DNA of 64,000 nucleotides from Laetmonice hystrix (lineage: Eukaryota), in contig OZ249440.1 of NCBI GenBank assembly GCA_965235115.1, positions 32,428,001 to 32,492,000 on the forward strand, read 5' to 3'. Under the pieces are notes generated by a model, which saw nothing but the letters and a program-made list of their open reading frames with translations, was not told where the DNA came from and did not search any database. The position numbers were made by a program, and so were the translations under genes. Positions 36,591 through 48,500 of this stretch are shown one piece after another. Each line of letters opens with the position of its first letter. Positions within the stretch are counted from its first letter, which is position 1.

Positions 36591-39426
36591 TATCGTACCC
36601 CAAGTTTCACTATGGGCTACTCTTGCTCAAAACAATGGACAGACAACCGATGTCAGAGACAATCCTTATCTCTAGTTTAAATTGTGTACCTTTGATTTAC
36701 ACCCAGAAAGATTATATGTTCATTATAAACATTTACCAACCATGTTATGGTGTATTAAGGATTTAACCACCGTTCTCAGATGTTCAGTTTGTATTCATTG
36801 TCTGCTACCAGCATCTTAGGTTTACAAACAATGTAATCTCTTGGGTGACATATGTTCTCCATTGATGGTTTTCCCCAGCTTTCGTTTGGGAGGTTGTTTT
36901 ATTAATGAAGGCAGTACAGTCATAGGGGCAGAGTCGCTCATCACAAGGAACCCGTAATACAGGTGTTTTCTCACCTACTGTTTCCCACCTCTGTGAAGCA
37001 GCTCACTAGTGCCAGGATGTCGGCCTCAGTAATCACTGCTCATTAGACTGTCTGCCAGTGCCAACTCACTTGTCTTTAACAACAATATACAATCCCCAAA
37101 GTGGCCTGCCCTGTGATGGTTTAGCCAATCGGGAGCCAGCATTTTTATGTTGTATATCATTGGTCAGTTTGACAATGGTTTTCTCTATATATACTCATGT
37201 TATAACTTTGTACAAAAAACTTGGAAAGTGAACTCGAATAAACTTCATATAGTTGACCAGCTCAACCTCGTCCTTCTGCTGTACACGCAGTCTTCTGGAA
37301 TGTCGTAGGAACCCTCCGTACGATAATTGGTGGAGAACCTGGGTAGTTAGCTCTTTTTAGCTGCTAACAGTCCCTATATGTATTAGCTCCCAGAAGACAC
37401 AGCCTGCCTGAAGACAACCATGGACGGATTTCTCCCACAACCTGTTCTGGCATTTTTACACGATGCCAAGAATCTTGGAGTGTCACTAAGCTGGTCCATC
37501 TCCAGCTCACAGGATAAGAAGTCCATAGTTCTGGAGTGGAATACCCATCCAGATACAGATAAGTCTATTTGTGTGTCATCGACCTCTGGTCACAAATCTC
37601 CAAGCAGACGTCGCCGTGATGCTCAGAGATATCAGGCCTGGACCAAGAAGAAGCAGGAGGCCAGCCAGCCAGCATCCAGGAGTAGAGAGGAGGAGAGCAA
37701 GAGACCAGACAAGCCAGTCCACCATCCTGAGGGGCAGAGGTCAGCGGCTTTGCAGCAGAAACGCCACAAGAAATGCAAGTCAACTGCCAGGCTCTCTACC
37801 CCACAACAGAATCAACATCCTCCTCCAGTGAGTGCCGTTTCGCTCAACCATGGACCATCCAGGTCAAACACATCAACCCAGACAGACAGGCAAGTGACCA
37901 TCTCTCGTGAGCTGCAAACTGCCCTTCCCACTGCCCAGTCTAAAGGTGTGCAAGCACTTTGCCCTGTGCCATCCGAGACCAAGAGTTGTCAGAGTGAGGC
38001 AGTGAGCAGATCTGACTCTGCTACTCAGACTTGGAAATCAGGGGTGACCAAAGTACCCAGACTGTGGGAAATGGCCCCCAGAAGACAAAGCAATTGTTGG
38101 ATCCCCAGTCTCTAGGATCTAGTGGTCTGGAGTTCCCAGATCAACACTTTCTTGATTCCCTGGTCAGTAAAAGAAGTGATCCACGGTCACTTCCTATACT
38201 ACATCCAGCTGGAGAGAGAGGTGTTTGTAATAAGAGCCTCACAATGAAATTGTCTTATAGACAAGAGATCTATGAGAGCCATACGGTACTGTGTGATCCC
38301 ATTGATTATGATATCACACATATCAGAGAATGTTTTGGATTTCTTGAACGTGACGAGGCATTTTATCTTCTCACAAAGTATAGAGGGCTGCATTACCTTA
38401 TACCTAATGACGGTCAGTACTCAGACTTTGAACAGTTGGACCGTGCTGGATCACGCTGTGTGACACTTTTAATTTATGATTATAGAAGACGGAGGTATAT
38501 CCAACCAGAACCTCGATATAATGAATTTGTTCAAGTTTAACATGACGGCCAGGAGAGGACAGTCACATCTGTATCCTGACATTTGGTATTTTTCATAGCA
38601 GATATCTTTTACATAATATCCAGTCATGAACAATCATTTTTAGTTTCTTCGAGATTGGATGCTCCAATCTCAGTTGAGCGAGGGGGATATATCGTACCCC
38701 AAGTTTCACTATGGGCTACTCTTGCTCAAAACAATGGACAGACAACCGATGTCAGAGACAATCCTTATCTCTAGTTTAAATTGTGTACCTTTGGTTTACA
38801 CCCAGAAAGATTATATGTTCATTATAAACATTTACCAACCATGTTATGATGTATTAAGGATTTAACCACCGTTCTCAGATGTTCAGTTTGTATTCATTGT
38901 CTGCTACCAGCATCTTAGGTTTACAAACAATGTAATCTCTTGGGTGACATATGTTCTCCATTGATGGTTTTCCCCAGCTTTCGTTTGGGAGGTTGTTTTA
39001 TTAATGAAGGCAGTACAGTCATAGGGGCAGAGTCGCTCATCACAGGGAACCCGTAATACAGGTGTTTTCTCACCTATTGTTTCCCACCTCTGTGAAGCAG
39101 CTCACTAGTGCCAGGATGTCGGCCTCAGTAATCACTGCTCATTAGACTGTCTGCCAGTGCCAACTTACTTGTCTTTAACAACAATATACAATCCCCAAAG
39201 TGGCCTGCCCTGTGATGGTTTAGCCAATCGGGAGCCAGCATTTTTATGTTGTATATCATTGGTCAGTTTGACAATGGTTTTCTCTATATATATACTCATG
39301 TTATAACTTTGTACAAAAAACTTGGAAAGTGAACTGGAATAAACTTCATATAGTTGACCAGCTCAACCTCGTCCTTCTGCTGTACACGCAGTCTTCTGGA
39401 ATGTCGTAGGAACCCTCCCTACGATA
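36591..39426 (+). mobile_element. Young non-autonomous LTR retroelement with TA...TA termini
   Basis: LTRs 36591-37325 and 38690-39426 differ by about 7 substitutions and one 2-bp indel. TSD GACC, PBS TGGTGGAGAA (37328), PPT GAGCGAGGGGGA (38676-38687); CCAAT, TATA and AATAAA inside each LTR. Confidence 0.92.
37420..38540 (+). CDS. Unrecognised internal ORF of the LTR element (231-aa and 169-aa frames overlapping at 38031-38115, probably one frameshifted gene)
   Basis: ATG in ACCATGG context about 90 nt after the PBS; the two frames fill the internal region; no Gag/Pol/Env motifs seen. Confidence 0.6.
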
Positions 39427-40288
39427 GACCAACCCCTTCAACATGTCCACCTCCTCTCTGGAGGTTAGAAGAGCTGTTCACGACATGCTTCGTCGCTGCA
39501 ACCTTTGCCTCCAGAGAGGGGGTGGACATGTTGAAGGGGTTGCATAAAACGTTTACGTAAAACTGGCACGCCTATGGCTGTTACATTTTCTGTAAATAAA
39601 ATCTCTGACGAATCTTTGGCGTTGCTTTGGTGTCAGTTTCAACCATATCCCAAGTTGTAAATTTTGGATTCTGATGTCCCATTTTTAAAACCCCACAGTT
39701 CGGCAATGCGCGACCACAGGAAGGTCAGGATGGTGTCACTGGAAAGCTCATGAACAGTACTTTATGATTCAGCCATTTATCTTCTCTAAATTTACCTATA
39801 GCTGGTCATAAAAGCCTTTTGTTTTTGGATTACCATTTTTTTGAGACACCCTGTATAAGTCCATAGTTTCCATTAATATTTTAGACTGGATAGGGTTATA
39901 ACTGAATTCAGGTCCACTTTGCACCGAGAGCCACACAAATGTTCATTCAGTCTATTGCTATAGTTAGAATTTTGCTAAGGACCCTAACATTATGGCTGAC
40001 AAGTTCCCCTCTTGGGGATCACCTCCTGCAGGTGGGCGTTTTTAACGTGTCATGAAAAGGGCACCTAGAAACCCCATCAGAACACTGCTAGGGAGATCAA
40101 CGTAAAGGACATAGATCTGTTGCCAGGCAACCACTTGATCAAAAGATAACATAAGTATTACTACTGAAATCACTGCACTCATTGATACAAATAATTTATA
40201 CTCGTTTTATTCATGTTTGTGAGCCCTAGAAACCCTATCAGAACACTGCTAATGGTGGTTGCTAGGGAGATCAATGTAAAGGACATCT

Positions 40289-41183
40289 TGTTGCGGCTAG
40301 GCTTCGCAGCCGCTGGACATTTAGTATAGTTGGCCTCCCCCGTATATATATGCATGCCTATATATTATTACTGTATACTTTACTATCTCTGTATGTTTGT
40401 ATAGTCGAATCCTTGTGCTCGTTCCCTTAAGGATGGGCGGCTCGGATGTCGTGTATATATTTAATCATGTAGTTGCTGGAGTATTGGGTTCCCTTAAGTC
40501 GGATGCTGGTGCGGGCTGGAACCGGGAACGCTCGGGCCGTCACCTCCCAAGTTGCGTAACGGTTGTATCGATACCGATGTCGTGGTGAGGTGACACCGGC
40601 ACGTACCCAGCGTCTTCCGTCCGTGTTGGCCTCCATGGCGGACCCCCAGCTGGGCGAGCGGTGTCACTAGGAGCTGCGGGATCCGGACACTGACCGACCG
40701 GTGACACGATGTCATCTTGTAGGTCCGTGTCGGTGACCGCAGCCACCGGGGTCCACTGCTGGCAAAGCGGAGTGGGTGGAGTTCCGGGCCGGGATGCCGA
40801 CGCGGACGGAGTTCGATATATATATGGGGACCGAATAGTCAGTAGGGAGTTAGTTATTCGGAGTTGTTCGGAGTATGTGCCCGAGCTGAGCCGTGGCTCA
40901 GTCTCGGGTCCAGTTAAAGTTGTTTTGGCGCTCACCGACTCCACTCCTACTCTGGGAGTTGGTCAGTGAGAGAGTTGTTCTCGGTTGGTCAGTAGCATGA
41001 GGTTCGGCCTCTAGGCTAGTAGAGTATCCCGCGATACTCTACATCATGTATCATGTCTGACAATACAATTATCATCGCCGCCAGCTGTCGTTGAGTTGTC
41101 TTCACTGGGGTACATGGTACGGTAAGTCCCCCCCGTCTCCCTCCTACCTACGACTGCCGCCTCTCCAGGGTGGGTCCACAACA
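40289..41183. mobile_element. Solo LTR (Gypsy-like)
   Basis: TGTTGCGG...CCACAACA termini, 4-bp TSD ATCT; paralogous empty site near 40105-40130. Confidence 0.75.
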
Positions 41184-43503
41184 ATCTGTTGCTAGGTAAC
41201 CACTTGATTAAAACATAACATAAGTATGAATTCTCAATTCACTGCACCTATTTACACGTTTAGGTGGCATTAAAATTTTCCGAAGAGCCTATGAAGTGGC
41301 CGTTGGTAGGCAAATCAAGAAACTCATGTTGGTTGCTAGGCAACAACCTAATTTTATAAACAAAAAAAGTACACCATCAAACTCCGTCCAGGTACTTTTG
41401 GGGGATAGGTGCTATTAAAATTTTCTGATGAGCCTAAGAAATGACCGTTGCTATGCAAATCAACAAGGTCATGTCGGTTGCTAGGCAACAGCCTCGTTAT
41501 ATAAAGAAAAGAAATGCACCATCAAACTCCTTGGAGGTACTTTTTTTTGGGGGGGGGGGGGTAGGAGTGATTAGATTCTCCCTAGGACCATTATTTATTG
41601 AGGTATATGACCCTATATGAGTAGAATGGCGGCCATTTTGAATTACAGCTGTTGCGAGGTAACTAGGTAATTTCGGCTTGGTAACAGCATTTTTCGAATT
41701 CAGCATCCTGAGATTACCCTAGAACCGGCCTTTACCATATTGTACTAATAAATGCCCCTCGGGCTCCAGAGAGACTTTTGCCTAGAAATATCCCAGTCTA
41801 GAACGGAGATAGACGAGTTTAGCGTTTCAGTGTTAATTTGATCTTGATACCGACCCTTTATCATAGGACCCTGACGTATGATGACTTCGAGAGTTTCATA
41901 AATTGATTCTACGTTGTCTAAACCATAATATATATACAGCCTAACATAATCAAAATCGGTCAACTTGGGGCCGAGATAGGTGATTTTGGCATTTAGGTCG
42001 TCATTTGACCTTGAAACAACCTCTTATTACGTGACCTTGACCTTCGGGAGAATCACAGATCGATTCCTTGGCATCATAAGACATATATTCTAGCTTAACT
42101 TTGTCAAAATCGGCCTACTGGGTGCTGAGATACGCATGTTCTCTGATTTGGGATAATTCGCATATATTGTGCTAATTAGGTGGTAAATATGCATATTTCG
42201 AGGTGGAGCTTATGATAATTTTTTTCTACTTGGCCTAAGGAACAATCGTGTCAAGTGTCATAATTGTACTATGAAGTGCAGTAAACACCCTATTTTATGT
42301 CGTTAACCTCTCTGCTACATCTTTTGCAACAATTGTTGTAGTTATTTGCACTGCAAAATTGGCCGTCCCCTGTCCAACTCTTGGTTTTGTCAGCCATGAC
42401 GTGTCCCACTACCACGGCGCTGCGATCACACGTTCACCACACCTGCTGCTAGAGTGAGCTATCCTACCATTACACGATCCTTGATATAACTATCACTATC
42501 CTTATCCCTAACTAACCCTTAATGGCAGCACTCTGCCATTTGTAGTCAGCCACCTAGAGACCACGATTGTACCTCATGGGTTATTTATTCCCAATGGTAA
42601 TTTTTGGGTAGGGGTTTACATTAAGGTCAGTGGTAGGGATATGTCTTTGGGAGGTGTAGGGACCAGGGTTAGTGGTAAGGTGAAGCAGTGGGGGATCCAG
42701 GATTTTGATAAGGGGGACCAACCTAAAAAAAAATTTTGCCTCGCTACACACGGCGCGACTTTATTGTGATTATGGCCATTTTGGGCCCCTTTTGATCTAT
42801 TTCATTGCTGCATGGCCCAGAGTTATGGATGTCCTGATCACTGAGGAGGCCCTTTTGGGCCTGATATTACTATCACGTACAATATAAGTAATACAGGAGA
42901 CTTTTTTTTAAGAATTTTGTTGGAATCCTAGTTTCAGGGTCCGAATAATGCATCTTCTTAAAATATGGGGGGGGGACACCCCCCTGGATCCCCCAGTGTG
43001 AGGGCTATGGATATTTACTTCCGACCGAATTTCGTGGGGGTTAAGTTACCACGGGTGATGTACTACTTGTTGGGCCAGAAGCTTCGGAAGATATTTTATA
43101 GTTGGGAGGATAAAGAAAATCTTTCCAAAATCAACAGTTGACCCATTGACTAGTGACAGGATCTCGACGAGGCCTTTTAGATGCTTTGGATCAGTTACAT
43201 GGCACCCAGGTTGAAGCGTTTCGACTTATCTCACCTAGTTCTGATGCTCTGGCAGAGAGTTACTTTTCCTTATAGGTTGTGTCCACTGCTACAGTGAATT
43301 CGACTAAATAATACCTACAAACCACTAAATACATTACTGTCGCCATTCTTTAGTCCATCGGTTCGGTTGAGTGACAGAAACTAGATCAAGGGTCACTACG
43401 GGGGATGTGGGACAGACGTCCATGTACATTCATCATTATCTCCATAAACTTTAGAGCGGCATGGAAAATTTCCTGCTCCTATGTAATCTTCACTAAATCT
43501 TAC

Positions 43504-43822
43504 CTTTGGGTGTGATGTCCTCAAGGAAGTATGGAAGGGCTCGAAACACAAGTTCCTGTACGATGATAGCAAAGGCATAAATATCCCCTTTCGGGGTGCC
43601 ATAACGGGGTATGTTTTGCATTCGCATTATTTCTGGTGACGTCCACAAGAGGGCGCGAAAACGCTCATACTCCCCTGATTGGGTGACCATCCCCGAGTGT
43701 TTCCGGAACGAGGCTAGACCATAGCCAGACAACTTCAGCACCCATCGACTGTCAATCAGACATTTCGATGACGTCAGACTTCCATGTGAGTGAAGCTGAC
43801 TTTTGTGTAGGTACGCCATACC
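43504..43822 (-). CDS. Receptor guanylyl cyclase exon (kinase-homology domain)
   Basis: cag|GMAYLH...HGSLTSSKCLIDSRWVLKLSGYGL...LWTSPE...KGDIYAFAII...ITPK|gtaag, 319 bp, phase 0/1. Confidence 0.92.
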
Positions 43823-45568
43823 CTGTGGTTGGAAAATACCAGATATGAAGAAAAAGTATATATAATTTTGACAAACAGAATAGTGTTTTAAGGCTCATCA
43901 AAACAGTTATGTGAATGAATTATTTGAATTGCATGATCACGAGTGAAGGTTGTAAAAGGTTTAATTATGACGAGAAAGGGTAAAAGAAAACTTCTCCAGC
44001 ATTATATTGTATACCCTGTAATGCCCATGGGGCTGTCCTTTTCATCCCCATGCTTCTCTAAAGCCCCTTTCACAATTGTTGCACGACCAGTTCCCGACCA
44101 ACTGCAACGGGAAATCGCTTCCGCTGCATGACCACTCGCATGGTGTCATGCGAGTGATCGCCCCCGTTGCAGGGTCGCAAGCACTCGCAACCAGTTGCGG
44201 CTGGGTTTTTGACATGTCAAAGATTCAGAGGCGACTTGGTGCAACCAAAATTATCGCAGTCCGACCATGTGAGATTTTTGTCCGTGCAAACGTCTGCAAA
44301 CTACAGGCGACAAGTTGCACGTATCAGGCAACTGATGATCAAGTTGTGACAATCAATCGCCCCAAACGCAATACACTGGGCGACCTGGGTCATGGCGATC
44401 ATTCTGTTGTCCGCGATTAGTCCTCCAAAATGGCATATACGCTGATGTGGCATAAGCAGGTCGGTCTGGGTGTATGGGGAAGGGGTAGTTGGTTTGCGTA
44501 CACATGCGTGGGGGAGGGGGTGGGTGTGCCCCTGTGTATGTAAAGATCTGACTAATACCTAAACAAAATTTATAATAATGATTAGAAACAATTTGGAAAA
44601 AACCCTCGCAAATTCCATTGGTCGTTCCAAATAGAATATGGTTCTATTTCTAGGCCACTAAGATTTGGGAATACAGAAAAAAATGACAGGGGAGAAAGTT
44701 AGTTTTTTTTGTAGATTTTTAGTCAACCCCGAGTTAATTACATTTGACTAAAGAACCATGGGGTAAATCAGAAGTCAAATTTTGCGCCATTTTGTCGACA
44801 GCGCCATCTAGGCGCCATCTGCGGTACTTATAGATACAAGGCCTCAGAGAACGAGGGAAGGGTAAGGCATATTATCGTGTTTTTTTCATTTCTAATAATC
44901 GTCCATAAATGATATAGTGTTTCCCAAAAACGTGTATATTAAATATGCGCTTTCAGTGTTATTTGTTAGGAAAAAAATTGAACGGCCCGTTCCCACGACC
45001 TGTCGCAGCCCTCAGTACAGAGCCCCCCAGTCGCTCGCTCTGGTGTGGCCTGTGCTTGCTCGGGGAATGGAGCCTTCAATTTTTAGAACGGTATGTGACA
45101 TTGGGCCATTGCTGCAGTCCGATGCAAAAACCGAATTCAATAGAGTTTACCATTAAGAAAAGCCTTGTCACTTCGGCCTCAAAGTTGCGGTAAAATTGCA
45201 CAAATATGGTTAAATCAGGGGGTGTCCCCTCTTTATTTAGTTGTGTCTCAATCTGGTCAAGTGACATCACACCGCCAGAAACCGTTTTACCAAGCCCAAT
45301 GTATGCCAAATCCCATGATGTAAGGCTTTTTCTGATTGGATGGTGATATCCTCTGTCATTTTACATATTTGTTTTCGACTTTTTGCGTGCAGTGACGTCA
45401 CAGAATTCCCTATTTCCGCACGTGGCGCCAGGGTATCAGCAGTCCATTGAACTCGATTTCGAGTTCTATTAGCAGTCTAGTCATGGATAAGGTAAGTTTT
45501 GGGCGATCTGAGTATTTATAACTTGTTTTAGAGTCATTATGTACACAAAAAGCCTGCTATTTTTGAGT

Positions 45569-48500
45569 AAGTGAGTAGTGGTGATTTTCCGCTGTCGGCA
45601 TCCGAGGGCATATTCACGGCAAAAACAGGGTTAAAAGACCATGAAATGAAAGGAACCTATTTTATCCCGGGCCCCAATGGGAATATCATTAAAACACACT
45701 CCATCCTGTCAGCCCAACCGGGCCACCGACGAGCCTCAACTATGAAAGAGTCAGAAGTCCAGTCTGTGACAATCCTGGTCTAACATTGATAAAAAGGTCC
45801 TTAAAACTTGTCTCATTATAAGGCCGTTGTCTGATCAGAGTAAAATCACCACATTCAAGTAAAAGATGCTTCAGTGTCAAAGGACACTGACAGCCATGAC
45901 ATTCTGGAGGTGGCTCCCCCATCAACAAAAACACATGAGTTAATCTAGAATGACCAACTCTGCATCGAGTAAAAACAATTTCATGCCTACGTTGGGTTAG
46001 GCCATGACGGTACCTTTGGTTCACGACGGGACTGATCTGATACAATTTATTGTTTGGTTGTTCATCCAATTTAGCCTGCCATTTGTTCCTAACATAAGCC
46101 CAGATGGTAGGTCTGAGATCAAAGGCAGGGATTGGACACAGTTCGACGTCTGTTTTAAGAGCCCTCTTGGCAGTTTTGTCAGCTTGCTCATTGCCCGGGA
46201 TGCCAACATGACCAGGCACCCAGCCAAATTGAATATCAAAGTTTGCATTGGCAGGCACTGCCAACATGGACAAGATTTGAACGATCACTGGGTGATCTGT
46301 GTTCAAGTTAGCAAGTGCTTGCAGGCAGGATAAGGAATCCGAGAAAATGAGGAAGTCCTTTTCACTAGAAACTTCAATATTTTGAAGGGCAAGAAGCAGG
46401 GCCCGGGCCTCTGCTGAGAAAATGGAGCTTTGCCCTGAGATGCGGATACCAAAGTTGTGCTTGTCATGAACTGCTGCCGCAGACACATCATTGCCATCCT
46501 TTGATCCATCAGTATAGAAGGCATAATGTGACGGATACATTGCCTGGATGTTCAAAATACGTCAGGGGATGAGTCTCCGACTTCTTCAGCCGAGCCAACT
46601 GAAGAATGACATTAGGCTTTTCCAGGTCCCAAGGAGGGATGGTACAAAAATGTGTCTGACCCAAGATGTTCAGATCAACATCCAGCCCCTCTAGATGAAG
46701 TTTGACCCTCAGTCCAAAAGGATGCACGTACGTTTCCCTTTGCTCATACAAATGTGGGAACTAGGGTGAAAAACGCAATTGTAAGCTGGATTTGACCTGT
46801 TTGTTCTGAGCTTGACTGCATACTGCAGAGCCAGCTTCAGACGCCTGTTGTCAAGGGAGAGCTCTCTGGCCTCCACATAGAGGCTCTGAACAGGAGACAT
46901 TCTAAAAGCCCCAAGTGAAAGCCGCAAACCCTGGTGGTGAACCGTGTCCAAAAGCGTGTAGCACTTACAAGCATAACCGTAATCGAGCTTCGACCGGATA
47001 AAAGCTCTGTACAGTTGTAAAAGGACTGTTCTGTCTGCACCCCAGTTTGTGCCAGATAAAACCTTGAGAACATCCAGAGCCTTAAGGCATCTGGATCTGA
47101 GTGATTTAATGTGAGGGATAAAGGACAGCTTGCTGTCAAAAGTGAGTTCCAGAAACTTTGTCTCTTTAACGACCTTGATAGCATCTCCATCCATTGTCAA
47201 CTTGGGGTCAAGGTGGAAAGCATGCAGTTTGCAAAAATGCATGCAGACTGTTTTAGATTTTGAAAATTTAAAACCGTTTTCCACGGACCAAGTGTGGATT
47301 CTGTTGAGACAAAGTTGGAGCTGTCTCTCAATGGCATTCATGTTTTTGCCTCTGCAGCATACGTCAAAGTCAGCGACAAACAGGCTGCAGGGCATGCCAG
47401 TTTTAACCGAGTTAACAATGCTGTTGATCTTAATACTAAAAAGGGTACAAAATGCTTCTCTGAGGCACGCCTATTTCTTGGTCATGCAAGTCAGAGAGGG
47501 TGGTGCCTACTCAGACGGTCGAAAAATATGGCAACAACATGTTCACGGTTGATAAAAGCATCTCGGATGTATGTCTCGAGTCTGATGAGATGATCGAGAG
47601 TACTTCTCCCTCGCCAGAAGCCACACTGAAACTCAGTGATGAGTTGTTCAGACTCCAGCTTCCAGACGAGGCGAGCATTAATCATTCTCTCCATTTTTTG
47701 GAGCAACTTGTTAAGGCTATTGGTCTGTAATTGTTAGCTTCACTATGGTCTTTTCCTGGTTTTGGGATGGGGATGATTATTGCTTCTTGCCAGGAAATGG
47801 GTATATTACCAGTTATCCAAATATTGTTGAAAATGTGAAGAAGGATGAGAAGGGTGGTGTTAGGTAAATGTTTTAAGAATTGGTAATGTATTTTGTCAGG
47901 TCCAACTGCAGTGTTGTGTGATTTTTTAAGAGAGCATCGTAGTTGAGAAGAGTTGGTTATACTCTTCTCTGTTGTCAGAGTTGAAGTTTAGTTTCTGTTT
48001 CTCTCTACGAGCACGAATGGCTTGGAATTGAGGGAGGCAGTTCCTGGAGGAGGAGTTGGTTTGAAATGTTTTAGCTAGTTTGTTTGCTATTTCATCTGTG
48101 GTGGTTAGTAGGCTGTCTTGATGTTTTAAGTGTTGTACTCCAGAACTACCTCCCTTGCCTTTAAATTTCCGTATCATGCTCCAGACTTTTTTGATAGGAG
48201 TACGCGAGGTCAGGCTGCAGACATAGTCTCTCCAGCTCTGCCTCCGTCTCTCTTTACAGATATGGCGTGTCCTTGCTCTCATGATTTTAAAGTTGGTAAG
48301 GTTCACTGTCGTTGGGTGCCTGTTGAAAAAGGCGTTCTACTTTCTTCCGTTCTTTAATCGCCCGTTTGCAGTCATCATTAAACCATGGATTTGAGACATG
48401 TTTAGAAATTGTCGAGGTTTTAGGAACCGTCCTGTCTGCAATGGAGATTAAAAGCGAGGTAAAATTATCCATTCCTTCAGGATCATTAATGATGTCTGCT

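Larger units (their letters stand above)
36249..39853. mobile_element. Tc1/mariner foldback element with TIRs of about 300 bp, host of the LTR element
   Basis: TA|CAGGGTGTCTCAAAAAA TIRs. Remnant of a transposase C-terminus, VRRAVHDMLRRCNLCLQRGGGHVEGVA*, at about 39464-39547. Confidence 0.85.
35061..42317. mobile_element. Second, older Academ-like element interrupting the THAP exon
   Basis: Right end ...GTCGTTAACCTCTCTGCTA; left end GTTAACGACAT has lost its tip. Imperfect TIRs of about 340 bp; shares GTTGCTAGGCAAC motifs and a 37-bp repeat with 4486-11408. Confidence 0.6.
32111..42483 (-). mobile_element. P-superfamily-like element with THAP gene remnant, enlarged by nested insertions
   Basis: TIR CAAGGATCGTGTAATGGTAGGA, 7-bp TSD ATATAAC. 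THAP pieces: MADKTK...FCSANN (from 42397), a ...FPKE... segment with donor gtaagt (about 35025-35060), and LCSKHFE...RLLKTAVPTIFDIPNPP (about 33130-33440). Confidence 0.75.

Noticed and set aside
36591..39426. DNA transposon with long direct repeats (KolobokP-like) or segmental duplication
   Set aside because: PBS, PPT and a non-TTAA 4-bp TSD fit an LTR retroelement.
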